DNA of 64,000 bases from Candidatus Nomurabacteria bacterium (lineage in GTDB: Bacteria > Patescibacteriota > Minisyncoccia > Phycocordibacterales > UBA918). Below, in pieces: positions 18,905 through 28,403 of this stretch. Position numbers and translations under genes: made by a program. Position 1 is the stretch's first letter. Every line of letters begins with the position of its first letter. The stretch is taken from contig CP060229.1 in NCBI GenBank assembly GCA_023898585.1, forward strand, positions 11,388-75,387, written 5' to 3'. The notes beneath the pieces are model-generated. The model worked only from the letters and a program-made list of their open reading frames with translations. It was not told the origin of the DNA and ran no database searches.

Positions 18905-18977
18905 CCGCCCTTAGCTCAGTTGGTAGAGCAGCTCCCTCTTAAGGAGATGGTCCAAGGTTCAAGTCCTTGAGGGCGGA
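18905..18977 (+). tRNA. tRNA-Lys (anticodon CTT)
   Basis: Acceptor CCGCCCT/AGGGCGG, D-arm GCTCAGTTGGTAGAGC, anticodon loop CTCTTAA, T-arm CAAGGTTCAAGTCCTTG. Confidence 0.75.
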
Positions 18978-18990
18978 CAATCGTAAAATA

Positions 18991-19024
18991 AAAACGTTAT
19001 TCTTAAGACTAACGTTTTTATTTT
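18991..19024 (+). terminator. rho-independent terminator after the tRNA cluster
   Basis: AAAACGTTA...TAACGTTTT stem followed by T-run. Confidence 0.5.
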
Positions 19025-19341
19025 AGTCAGCAAACTGCTTTACTGATGGGCGATTGTCGAACCGGAGCGATGTGAGTTTACGGACGAGCGAGGTGGGGTC
19101 GCTAGCCGAATAAATGAAGAGTGAAGCGGCTACATTTATTCAGGACTTGTAACGACAGGAATACACCTCACTTTGCCTCACAATCGAACCTGCTCTAAAA
19201 AATTCTGGCCACGAGCAATACTAGAGTTAGAGCAAAGCAAATAATTAAAGTTGGTGACTATAGAAAACTAGATTTAAAAACGAAAGAGCCACAAACAGCG
19301 TGGCTCTTTTTATAATTTTGAAACGATCATGTACAATTTTC

Positions 19342-20430
19342 TTACCCACCGTACGAAAGTGCAAACATGCGACCACTAGCGACAGATTGTACCGCTCGGC
19401 TGATTCTGTCGGCCTCTTCTTGGGCACTCTCCGCAATTTGCATTTTTTGTTTAGCGTCCTTCTGAAGATCCTCTTCCTTTTGTTTAAGCAAAGAAACCAG
19501 TTCTCCACACAAATCCTTATACGTTCTCTCCAGCTCCTGAATTTCTTCCATCTTAAACCGGATTATGTCATCGAGAGTAGCACCTGCTTTGACCAACTTA
19601 CCTTTCTTGGGACCCTTCTTGCTCTCAAACCCCTCCGGCAACTTCCCAGAAGTAAGAACTCTGAGCCCAATCTCAGTAACACCGAGAATATCACCATTAT
19701 CCTTATTTACAGAAACTAGCGGTTGGTTAACTTTATACAGCGAAGCCAACCACCTACCTACAGTCCCATTGATAGCAAGCCTTTCCTTACTCTTTATAAA
19801 ACGAGACAAAGGGGAATGCATGACGTGATTGTTGGTAAACATACCTCTCGATAAAGACTGTCCTTTGTTGTCACGTATCGATTGGTAGACCAAACTCAGT
19901 ATTGCGATCACGCATTTAGCGTTTGTCTTCGTCTGCATTGTGGCTACATCAGACAAATCAGGTATCGTGAATTCGAGACTATAATCAGTTATTATCTCTG
20001 ATTTTGGTTCGACTACCGGCAATACTTCCTCTTCCTCCCTATCAAGACCTATATCGAGAGACTCATCAATCTCTGTACCAATCTTCGGTAACTTGTTAAT
20101 TCTGAGAACCGAAGGATCTTCGACAAAAACCTTTCTTGACTCGTAAAACTTAAACACTCCCTTGGCCGGTAGTGCCCTTATTCTGTTTTCCAGATCATCA
20201 AGAGATTGGGCCAGAGCGACTTTGTCACCGGGTTGAAAATTTTTGCGGTCTATTTCACCAATATCCATCAAGCTATGGAATATGCTTAATACTGGCAGAC
20301 CATCATCTTTTTCAGCTTTACTGGCATTGTCGTACGCTAGCGCAATACCCCATACAAGACCCATTTCTTGTCTGTTAAAAACGAAGGGTTTACCAAGCTG
20401 AGGCCTGACTTCAAACTTTTCTTCGTGCAT
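19342..20430 (-). CDS. hypothetical protein with C-terminal coiled-coil
   Basis: 362-aa ORF; no recognisable catalytic motif; K/E-rich coiled-coil near C-terminus. Confidence 0.5.
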   Translation of the reverse strand: MHEEKFEVRPQLGKPFVFNRQEMGLVWGIALAYDNASKAEKDDGLPVLSIFHSLMDIGEIDRKNFQPGDKVALAQSLDDLENRIRALPAKGVFKFYESRKVFVEDPSVLRINKLPKIGTEIDESLDIGLDREEEEVLPVVEPKSEIITDYSLEFTIPDLSDVATMQTKTNAKCVIAILSLVYQSIRDNKGQSLSRGMFTNNHVMHSPLSRFIKSKERLAINGTVGRWLASLYKVNQPLVSVNKDNGDILGVTEIGLRVLTSGKLPEGFESKKGPKKGKLVKAGATLDDIIRFKMEEIQELERTYKDLCGELVSLLKQKEEDLQKDAKQKMQIAESAQEEADRISRAVQSVASGRMFALSYGG

Positions 20431-20776
20431 GATTCTTCCCTCACAAAGTTGATTTATAGTTTCTTACTTGTACGTCAAGGTACAAAAGCTACCTGAAAAG
20501 TATTGTATTAACTTAGCTTACAATGTCAAACACACACTTCAGAGAGGTTTCGTGCCTGTGCTGACCAGCTAAAAAGATGCAACTGATCAAACTTTCTGCT
20601 ATACTCATCGACGTTCACTTGAAATTGTAGATGGCGAAATTGGTAGGTGAGAAAGCCTAGGAGGCTTTCTCCCCGAGTTTTAGACACCTCTGAGTTGACT
20701 CGTGGAAGTTGAGATATTATAAAGTATTATCTCAAAAGGGGCCGAATGTTTTGATCATTGAATTTGAATATAGAGT

Positions 20777-20858
20777 GCAGGAGTGGCGAAATTGGTAGAC
20801 GCGCTAGTTTTAGGCACTAGTGGAGCGATCCATGGAGGTTCAAGTCCTCTCTCCTGCA
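20777..20858 (+). tRNA. tRNA-Leu (anticodon TAG), class II
   Basis: Acceptor GCAGGAG/CTCCTGC, anticodon stem CTAGT/ACTAG with loop TTTAGGC, long variable arm, T-arm GGAGGTTCAAGTCCTC. Confidence 0.85.
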
Positions 20859-21060
20859 CTCTGTATTCAAAATATAAGCCACCAAAAAAATCATTGGTCG
20901 AGTCCGCTTTCTACATAAACTGTTGCCTCATGGGCTGATTCTCCTAGCCTCAAATTATTACCGCGCACACTATTCGTTTTTTCAACCTTAGAAACTGTTT
21001 AAAGTCTCATCGGAGTTTAGACAAGAATTTATTCTCTTGTGTAGTAATTTGAGACATGCT

Positions 21061-22110
21061 CTAGGCACTCATCCTGGTTTTCTGAAATGGACGTCTTTTT
21101 CTAATGTAGATGTTGTAATAACGAGCCAAAGTCTTTTTGGATTGGGCGGGTAGTTTATCAACCATCGCACAACCCCAAGAGCAATAACCATCCTTCTTTT
21201 TAACACACTCATCACATCCGATGAAAAGCGTGTGGCAAATTTGATTCCTACAATGATAGTGAGTGTCACTCTTTGTCTTTTTGCAAAGATGACACGTTGA
21301 AATAATTTCATCACCAATTCTCTCGCCAAGACGCTCATCAAACACAAAATTCTTCCCTAAAAACTTATTCTCTAGACCTTGTTGCCGTACCTGATGAGCA
21401 TAGTCGATAATTCCCCCTTTAAGGTGTTTAACATTTCTAAAGCCGTTGTGCTTCAGCCAGGCACTCGCTTTTTCACAACGAATGCCTCCGGTACAGTAGA
21501 TAGCCATCTTTTTGTCTTTATACGCTTGCAGTGTAACCGGCGTATTCTTCAATTCATCGCGAAAAGTGACAAAATTATCCGGAGTGATCGCGTTTTTAAA
21601 GTGACCAACTTCCGCTTCGTAATTATTTCGCATATCAAAGATAACTGCGTCCGGATCATCAACGTACTCATTCATCTCGGAAGCTGTGAGGTATTCACCG
21701 GTATTAGTGACATCAAAGGAACTGTCATCAAGACCGTCGGCCACTATTTTGTCTCGCACCTTAACAGTCAACTTAAAAAATGACGGCCCCTCCCCTTCCT
21801 CAACGGCAATTTTATAAGGAGTCCCTTTTAATTCGGGCTGGGATTGTACAAAGGCGTCGAATTGATCCCAGTACATTGCCGGCACGTTCATCTGAGCGTT
21901 GATGCCCTCTGAAGCGACGTAAACCCGCCCCATACAATCCAACTCAGACCACTTGGTGAAAAGGCGGTCGCGGAATTTTTCAGGATCGACAATTCGTACA
22001 TATCGATAAAACGACAAAGTTCGGCGTGGTCGCGTGTCTGCAATCGCATCCAAGCGCTTTTGTTCACGACTGCGCAAGTCTCGTCTTTGAGTTTTTTTCA
22101 TTCTCAGCAT
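21061..22110 (-). CDS. trhO: rhodanese-domain tRNA U34 hydroxylase TrhO (YceA/UPF0176) with C-terminal Cys-rich extension
   Basis: Rhodanese active-site loop YCTGGIRCEKASAWL; N-terminal SFYRYV...DPEKF; start placed at MLRMKKTQ. Confidence 0.7.
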   Translation of the reverse strand: MLRMKKTQRRDLRSREQKRLDAIADTRPRRTLSFYRYVRIVDPEKFRDRLFTKWSELDCMGRVYVASEGINAQMNVPAMYWDQFDAFVQSQPELKGTPYKIAVEEGEGPSFFKLTVKVRDKIVADGLDDSSFDVTNTGEYLTASEMNEYVDDPDAVIFDMRNNYEAEVGHFKNAITPDNFVTFRDELKNTPVTLQAYKDKKMAIYCTGGIRCEKASAWLKHNGFRNVKHLKGGIIDYAHQVRQQGLENKFLGKNFVFDERLGERIGDEIISTCHLCKKTKSDTHYHCRNQICHTLFIGCDECVKKKDGYCSWGCAMVDKLPAQSKKTLARYYNIYIRKRRPFQKTRMSA

Positions 22111-22397
22111 CTTACCGCAGAAAAGAAATATTGTCAGTAAGATTAAGGGCAGTTGAGAATTTCCAGGGTGGACGGCAAAAGAAACCTCAAGAATCTGCAA
22201 ACCCGAAATTGCCTCGCTTTTAGCAATGACCAACAAAAACTTATAGTACGGCCTTAAATAAGCCTATAATCACTCCCCTTTTCTTGACTTTTCTGACTAA
22301 ATGTGCTATTATAGTAGGTAGAAAGGTGGATTACCCACCTACCAAAAACAGTGTGGCATTTCGCCACGTTGACAATTCAATTATTTAGGAGAACGAC

Positions 22398-23729
22398 ATG
22401 AAAAAATGGTTTGAAGTTGCAGAGAATTGGGTGACTATAAATGTCATCCCGCGCATAAAAACTTTCAGAAGGAAAAAAAGTGTTGGGGCTTCAAAAGTTG
22501 TAGATGGTGTACCTTACCGAAAACATCACGGACTGATTATAAACCCTGTGTGGCTAAACATGTTTTGGAGACCTGTCATAAGTACTTTTATTGGAGCTTT
22601 GATAGCTCTAATAATCTGGATACTGTTTGGTTTAGAATTATCGAACCAAAGATTGTTCTGGGGAACAGCCTTGTTAGCATGTGTAATAATCGCGAGTACT
22701 TTATGGGAGTATCCGGAGACACAGCATATACCCAAAAAAAAGTTTGCTATACTGAGCATTTGGGGCATGCGCATTTCTGTATACTTCTCTGAAGGACGCT
22801 ATGACTGGTCGCTAAGAAAATTTGGTATCCGAATAGAGAAGGACGAGCCAAACGACAGTGCGGCTGTTGACGAGAGCGGTTATCTGCATCGAAAAGCATT
22901 TACGTTCAGAGTCTACAATAATGCTGATTTCGAGAAAGAAAAAGGTCCGGAATACAACATTTTGTCAACTGCAAGCAATGGTGCTGAGGTTAGTTCTAAC
23001 GTCACCGCAAACGTATGTTTCTTTAATGCCAAGCGTTGGCAGGATCACGAGGATCCAAATCAACTTCTTGGAGAAACACTGCGGGACGCTCACCGCTCGT
23101 CAGTAAGGTTTTTCCAGGACAAAAACGCTGCTAAACTAGGCAACGTATTTGACCAGTTGCTGATGCAAAAAACCATCCTTGTCGCGTACCGATCTGACAC
23201 AGGGTCAGTCGTACAAGACCGGGGTAATCATCCTATGTTTTTAGCAGTAGAAGTAGCAGAGCCAGAGGATAAACTCAAAGAAAGTGTCACACTGTTCAGA
23301 AATGGTCTGGCAGATAAAGGTAAACAGGATGACTTGGACAATGTGCACAGAAATAAAGAGAACGAGCTTGAGGTTCATATGTTGAGTGTTAGTAACATCC
23401 TACGTAACCCGCTTGAAACTCTTGGTATATATTTCGAAGGAGTGAAGGTGGCAGATGCTATCGCCTCGGAAGAGGTACGAAAGCAAGCCAACCGAGCATC
23501 TGGAGAAGACTATCAACTGGAAAGCAACGTGAAAAGCGCTGAAGCTTATAGCAAATCCCTTGGAATAAGAAGGACAGCTTCTGAAGATACTTCTGAGTTC
23601 CTGCAGGCGCTGACTGCAGCTGAAGATTCCGAAAGGGTTCATGCTGTAGGTATAGGCGGAGGAAATAAGATAGCGCAAGCAGCAGCAACACACGCAATAC
23701 TTTCAAAAAATGAAGGAGATAGGAAGTGA
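22398..23729 (+). CDS. membrane protein with SPFH/band-7-like domain
   Basis: Two N-terminal TM helices, then pattern resembling stomatin/flotillin (AILSIWGMRIS; NILSTASNGAEVSSNVTANVCFF; A/E-rich C-terminal helix). Weak. Confidence 0.4.
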   Translation: MKKWFEVAENWVTINVIPRIKTFRRKKSVGASKVVDGVPYRKHHGLIINPVWLNMFWRPVISTFIGALIALIIWILFGLELSNQRLFWGTALLACVIIASTLWEYPETQHIPKKKFAILSIWGMRISVYFSEGRYDWSLRKFGIRIEKDEPNDSAAVDESGYLHRKAFTFRVYNNADFEKEKGPEYNILSTASNGAEVSSNVTANVCFFNAKRWQDHEDPNQLLGETLRDAHRSSVRFFQDKNAAKLGNVFDQLLMQKTILVAYRSDTGSVVQDRGNHPMFLAVEVAEPEDKLKESVTLFRNGLADKGKQDDLDNVHRNKENELEVHMLSVSNILRNPLETLGIYFEGVKVADAIASEEVRKQANRASGEDYQLESNVKSAEAYSKSLGIRRTASEDTSEFLQALTAAEDSERVHAVGIGGGNKIAQAAATHAILSKNEGDRK

Positions 23730-25069
23730 ATAATACTGAAAAACTCAAAAACCTGCTATCGAAAAACTTGGTGATAATACCCATATTTTTCATTGCTTCG
23801 TATCTTGTTGCAACGGGGATTTTGCAGGAGTTCACTGAATCTCCTGCAAACCAACCGACGCAAAAAGAAATTGTACAAAAAAAGACTCCGGCAACGGAAA
23901 GAAGGACTTTATCTGGATCACAAAAACTTGCGGTAGTACATACAGAAAAGAACGAATGGTCTTTTTTAGCACTGTTCATAGCAGCCGGTCTGACGTTTTT
24001 TGTCGCGATACTACGCGGTGGATGGGATGCTAAAACAGATTACCCGCTAGTGGCGAGAATACTGTTTTACACTACCGCCGGTGCATTGATTGTTGTTTTT
24101 ATCTCATTTTTGTTTTTTGGCGAAGAAACCACCGAGGATGTAATCACAGAAGCAAGAGAAGCGGCACGACAGTCAGCAAGGGAAAATCTGCTCGGGGAAT
24201 CTTTCAGTAAGTATTTCGACACCACAAACGGATACCCGCGGAAAATGGTCGATCCAGGAGACAACTACAGGATTGTGGAGAAGTGGAACGGCAAGGATGC
24301 CACTCCGGAAAATTGTCTGCCTGAATTTCAGGTTAACGGAGTAACAATGAGAGCACCTCTCGTCTACCCGAAAGGCCATGAAAAAGAAGGACAGTTGTTT
24401 GACTTCGCCAACAATGGAAGGTGTCGTTCTGGCGTTAATGGTCAGAGACTTATACCCATAACACCAGAAATGGTGAAGGAGCGTAGTCTAGAAGTAAAGG
24501 TCGCTAAGGCGTGGGAGGTGGCAAGGGAGAATCCATGGATTGCAGGAGCGGTGGTGGTGTTGATACCACTGTTCCTGTGGAGGATATTCGGGTCTGGGAA
24601 ATCAGGTGAGACAAAGCCGGCAAAACGATCGACAGCACTGGATGTGTTGATCATAGTTGTTGTACTAGGCCTAATCCTGTTTACCCTCGATCGGACCGGC
24701 ACCCTAGGCAAAGTGTTGCCTTGGGCCGGAACGGTAAGGGCGACGGAGTCGGTGGAGCAAAGGAATTGCTACACCGACGATATGTCAAGCAAAATCAGGT
24801 TTGGCGAGAAAGGACAGACCATTCTGATCTGCGATGGTCAGGGCACGGTCAGACTGATCGCTGAATATGGACATGACGACCTTCGGCTAAGCATACCTAA
24901 GAATTTCAGTGAGGAGACCGGCATTACTGCCTGGAAAAATCACATGGAACTTAAAAGGGACGCTTACAGGAACACGTTCCGCTGGTACCTCGAACCCTTT
25001 AAGAATGCCGTCGACAAAAACGGCAGAACTGTTCAGGCGATACCGGTGACGATAACAGCCACCAGATAA
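23726..25069 (+). CDS. polytopic membrane protein, hypothetical (possible partner of SPFH protein)
   Basis: ATGA start overlap with upstream gene; about five hydrophobic helices. Confidence 0.45.
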   Translation: MNNTEKLKNLLSKNLVIIPIFFIASYLVATGILQEFTESPANQPTQKEIVQKKTPATERRTLSGSQKLAVVHTEKNEWSFLALFIAAGLTFFVAILRGGWDAKTDYPLVARILFYTTAGALIVVFISFLFFGEETTEDVITEAREAARQSARENLLGESFSKYFDTTNGYPRKMVDPGDNYRIVEKWNGKDATPENCLPEFQVNGVTMRAPLVYPKGHEKEGQLFDFANNGRCRSGVNGQRLIPITPEMVKERSLEVKVAKAWEVARENPWIAGAVVVLIPLFLWRIFGSGKSGETKPAKRSTALDVLIIVVVLGLILFTLDRTGTLGKVLPWAGTVRATESVEQRNCYTDDMSSKIRFGEKGQTILICDGQGTVRLIAEYGHDDLRLSIPKNFSEETGITAWKNHMELKRDAYRNTFRWYLEPFKNAVDKNGRTVQAIPVTITATR

Positions 25070-25140
25070 AAAATCCTAATAAATAATTGTGTGTTCTTTG
25101 AAGGAGGGAGAACGAAATAGCTCCGGTTTGCATTTTACAG

Positions 25141-25180
25141 GCCGGGGCTTTTTATTTTGGAAAAATAAAAAGCCCCGGGC
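25141..25180. terminator. bidirectional terminator hairpin between convergent genes
   Basis: GCCGGGGCTTTTTATTTT-GG-AAAATAAAAAGCCCCGGGC near-perfect palindrome. Confidence 0.55.
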
Positions 25181-25431
25181 CCTAGAGCATGTCCAAAAAC
25201 CCTCCGAGCTCCAAAGGTTTGCAAAATTTGAGACAAAAAATTGATAGAATTTCGAGCCATACTGATGTACGGTAAGAAATCATAGCGGTTTTTTGACCAA
25301 ATTTTGCAAACCGACGAGCCGGAACAAAATATTAGAGAAGGATTTACTCCTTTGTGTAGGGTTTTGGACATGCTCTAACCCACTCAAAAACTGAGTCGCA
25401 AGCACAAACCAAACCAAGAACCTCCAAACTA

Positions 25432-25809
25432 TTAGTTACAAGCTCTGGTGGCTGAATCCAGATCGCCACTCAAGCCAAAGGTATTGGCAGCGATAGCAAG
25501 GATGGTGAAGGCGGAAAGCATCACCACTAGCCCAATGATGCCGTAGGTGATGTGCTTGACGCCATCTTGTCTTGCTTGATCATTCGTTGCATTCATAAAA
25601 TACTGCCCGCAACCCCAAAGAAACACCAAAAAAGCAACAGCCGATAGTAGAGCGATGGTGGGATAAAGAATAACATCATTTAACTTAGCAACGAAACAAG
25701 CAGCTTGATTAGCAGCCTGGTCGGAAGGAGTTTGAGCAAATAAAGCGATGGGCAGAATGATCAGACCGGAAATTGTCGAAACTAAATACGAGACCTTATT
25801 AACTTTCAT
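25432..25809 (-). CDS. pilin-like two-helix membrane protein (TrbC/VirB2-like family), paralog A, with signal peptide
   Basis: Signal peptide, then helix-loop-helix with WGCGQYF...ITYGIIGLVVML motif shared by the family. Confidence 0.6.
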   Translation of the reverse strand: MKVNKVSYLVSTISGLIILPIALFAQTPSDQAANQAACFVAKLNDVILYPTIALLSAVAFLVFLWGCGQYFMNATNDQARQDGVKHITYGIIGLVVMLSAFTILAIAANTFGLSGDLDSATRACN

Positions 25810-26013
25810 TAGAATAGTTTATCACAAAGCAAAATGGTACAACCGGATAATTCACCGCCAAACCACCGCCCACGGTCGCGACCATTATTCTCCAGCTCAG
25901 GGGCAGTCCTCGGACTGAAAAACAACAGAGAGGAGTGAAACGAAAGTGAATGATACCAAAAAAGCCGCTTCGCGGCTTTTAAAGAGGGTACCTGCACCTG
26001 TGCTGTCTTATCG

Positions 26014-26409
26014 CTATGTCTGCTGTTTATTGGGGCCAGTAGGAATATCTGGAGCAGTCTTACCCTGAAGACCAGTACTTGATGAGAGAAGATTAATGAT
26101 TCCCCAGAAGATAATAATCAAAACGAAACCGAGGGTAGCATAAATCATCAGATTTTTACCCGATTCTTTTGCTTCCTCGTTGGCACCTCCAGCAATAAAG
26201 TAACGAAACATTCCCCAGACAAAGACCAAGAAACCTATTGCTAGAATAAATGGGATTAATACACCATTGGCAAATTTTACCAGGTCTGTTAACAGCTCGC
26301 CAAAAGGCCCAGCGTCGGTTGGAAGAACCTTTTGTGCGGTTTGTGCAAAAGTCATTAGAGGAAGCAAAAGCAAACCGACACCACTGACTGAATAAATAAT
26401 TTTTTTCAT
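26014..26409 (-). CDS. pilin-like two-helix membrane protein, paralog B
   Basis: IPFILAIGFLVFVWGMFRYFIAGGANEEAKESGKNLMIYATLGFVLIII. Confidence 0.65.
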   Translation of the reverse strand: MKKIIYSVSGVGLLLLPLMTFAQTAQKVLPTDAGPFGELLTDLVKFANGVLIPFILAIGFLVFVWGMFRYFIAGGANEEAKESGKNLMIYATLGFVLIIIFWGIINLLSSSTGLQGKTAPDIPTGPNKQQT

Positions 26410-26437
26410 AATCTTTTGTATATGTGGATAATTAAAA

Positions 26438-26821
26438 CTAATTGGTCTTATTTATTGCTGGAGCGACAGGTGTCCCAAAACTCGCACCCTCATCAAGACC
26501 GGTACTTTCTGTGATAAGATTGATGACTCCCCAAAATACAATAATCAAGACAAAACCGAGCGTGGCATAGATCATCAAACTTCTACCTGACTCTCTTGCT
26601 TCCTCGTTGGCACCTCCAGCAATAAAGTAACGAAACATTCCCCAGACGAAGACCAAGAAACCTATTGCTAAGATAAATGGTATTAAAATTTTATTTGACA
26701 GATCGACAAGTTCCCTTAATAAAGTGCCAAAAGCATTATTATCAGGGTCAAAGGCTGCTGAAGCTATAAACGGGAGAACCAGAGCCGATGTGCTACCCAA
26801 AATGTACCCAATTTTTTTCAT
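26438..26821 (-). CDS. pilin-like two-helix membrane protein, paralog C
   Basis: Core identical to paralog B (…FIAGGANEEARESGRSLMIYATLGFVLII). Confidence 0.65.
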   Translation of the reverse strand: MKKIGYILGSTSALVLPFIASAAFDPDNNAFGTLLRELVDLSNKILIPFILAIGFLVFVWGMFRYFIAGGANEEARESGRSLMIYATLGFVLIIVFWGVINLITESTGLDEGASFGTPVAPAINKTN

Positions 26822-26923
26822 ACGTATTTTACAAAACTTATAACGTTATAACGTTTACATTTAATTATAGTTCATACGTAATAACAAAACGATGAACTAT
26901 CCACAATGGAAATTGAGTATTGG

Positions 26924-27322
26924 TTATGGTCGAGGGACCGGGACGGTAGGAACATTGCGCAAAATCTCCCCGTCAAGACCGGTACTGGAGGTGATGAGGT
27001 TGACCACACCGAAGAAGATTATTATCACAACGAAACCGATGACCGCGTAAATCATCAAGCTCTTGCCTTTTTCTTTTTTCTCTTCATCGGCTCCACCGAG
27101 AATGAAGAAGAGAAACATGCCCCAGACGAAAAACAGGAAACCGATACCGATAATGAACGGTATCAAGACATTGTTAATAAACACCATAAGGTTCAACAAT
27201 AGTTCTTGAAATTCGCCACCATCGCCGGTATCGGCGAATTGAGCCAGGGCTGAATTAGGCAAAAAAGCCAACATCAAGAAGGCTGTTGCTCCACTGATCA
27301 TTCTTTTAATTTCGGATTTCAT
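26924..27322 (-). CDS. pilin-like two-helix membrane protein, paralog D
   Basis: IPFIIGIGFLFFVWGMFLFFILGGADEEKKEKGKSLMIYAVIGFVVIII; start placed at MKSEIKRMISG. Confidence 0.6.
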   Translation of the reverse strand: MKSEIKRMISGATAFLMLAFLPNSALAQFADTGDGGEFQELLLNLMVFINNVLIPFIIGIGFLFFVWGMFLFFILGGADEEKKEKGKSLMIYAVIGFVVIIIFFGVVNLITSSTGLDGEILRNVPTVPVPRP

Positions 27323-27397
27323 ACTTATTATTTTCGAAAATATTATGTTAATACTATACATCAGAATGTTGAATTGTAAATAGCTAGATGTGTTTTT

Positions 27398-27652
27398 CTA
27401 TCCGAACAACGAGTTTTTGATTAAAGCGACGATTCCCCAGGCACTCACCATCACCACAAACACGATCACGGCAGTTAGTGCATATTTCTTCCCTTCATCC
27501 CGTTTCGTCTGATCACCGGCGTGAATAATCCAAGAATCAATCATTTTCCAGATGAAAAATATAAAAAGTACGGCAAAAATGGCCGGAATTATTAGGTTGA
27601 TGATGTCTATAATCGAGCCGATCAGTTCTTTGTAGGTGGTTGGTTTAGTCAT
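27398..27652 (-). CDS. pilin-like two-helix membrane protein, short paralog E (no signal peptide)
   Basis: 84 aa; IFAVLFIFFIWKMI...GKKYALTAVIVFVVMV. Confidence 0.5.
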   Translation of the reverse strand: MTKPTTYKELIGSIIDIINLIIPAIFAVLFIFFIWKMIDSWIIHAGDQTKRDEGKKYALTAVIVFVVMVSAWGIVALIKNSLFG

Positions 27653-27680
27653 AAAATGAATTTGGTTACCGATTACTTTA

Positions 27681-27941
27681 TTATTTAAATCCTGTCACAA
27701 TGCTTTTTACTATCACCATTATCGCTTCCGCCCCGATGATAATTACCCCGCCAATTACTCCATAGAGAAGGGCTCTGCCCGCTTTTTGGATTTGTTCAGC
27801 GTTACCTCTTGCGGTCGCGTACAAAAAACCACCCCAGATGAGGAAAAAAACCACGATGGGAATGAGTACAATGACAAAAACATTCACAATCGCCATGATC
27901 AAATCGGGAATATTTTTAAAAGTAAGCGGGTTACTGAACAT
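27681..27941 (-). CDS. pilin-like two-helix membrane protein, short paralog F
   Basis: 86 aa; FLIWGGFLYATARGNAEQIQKAGRALLYGVIGGVIIIGA. Confidence 0.5.
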   Translation of the reverse strand: MFSNPLTFKNIPDLIMAIVNVFVIVLIPIVVFFLIWGGFLYATARGNAEQIQKAGRALLYGVIGGVIIIGAEAIMVIVKSIVTGFK

Positions 27942-27981
27942 AGATGAATTTGAATTTGATAAATTTACCTTTATGAAGTGG

Positions 27982-28377
27982 CTATGTAGTAAAAGATTTG
28001 ACGATATTTTCGATAATCTTGGACAAGGTTACCGCCCCAATAATAAGCACGCCACCAATGATGGAATAAGTTAAGGAAGTGGTGGCTTTTCTGATTTGTT
28101 CTTGATTGCCACCGGCGGTCACATACTGAAAGCCGGAGTAGATGATGTACAAGACCACAATCGGAATAGCGATGATGATGAAAACATTGAGTATGTCCAC
28201 TATCAATCCTTCAATCGAAGTCGGATTGATAAAACTATCTAGACAAAAACTGATACTGATACCTTTACCTCCTCCACTGAAGCCGGAACAGTTAGAGGCT
28301 AGAGCTTGTTCGGATCCCAAAATAAACATCCCGATTGAAGTTACATTTACCCAAACTAAACGTGATAATTTTTTCAT
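27982..28377 (-). CDS. pilin-like two-helix membrane protein, paralog G, with signal peptide
   Basis: YIIYSGFQYVTAGGNQEQIRKATTSLTYSIIGGVLIIGA; start placed at MKKLSRLV. Confidence 0.55.
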   Translation of the reverse strand: MKKLSRLVWVNVTSIGMFILGSEQALASNCSGFSGGGKGISISFCLDSFINPTSIEGLIVDILNVFIIIAIPIVVLYIIYSGFQYVTAGGNQEQIRKATTSLTYSIIGGVLIIGAVTLSKIIENIVKSFTT

Positions 28378-28403
28378 AATCAATAAACAACCTAACACTT
28401 ATC

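Noticed and set aside
25809-25997. 62-aa ORF between pilin paralogs A and B
   Set aside because: Intergenic spacer containing the terminator hairpin AAAAGCCGCTTCGCGGCTTTT; no RBS; unrelated to the paralog family.
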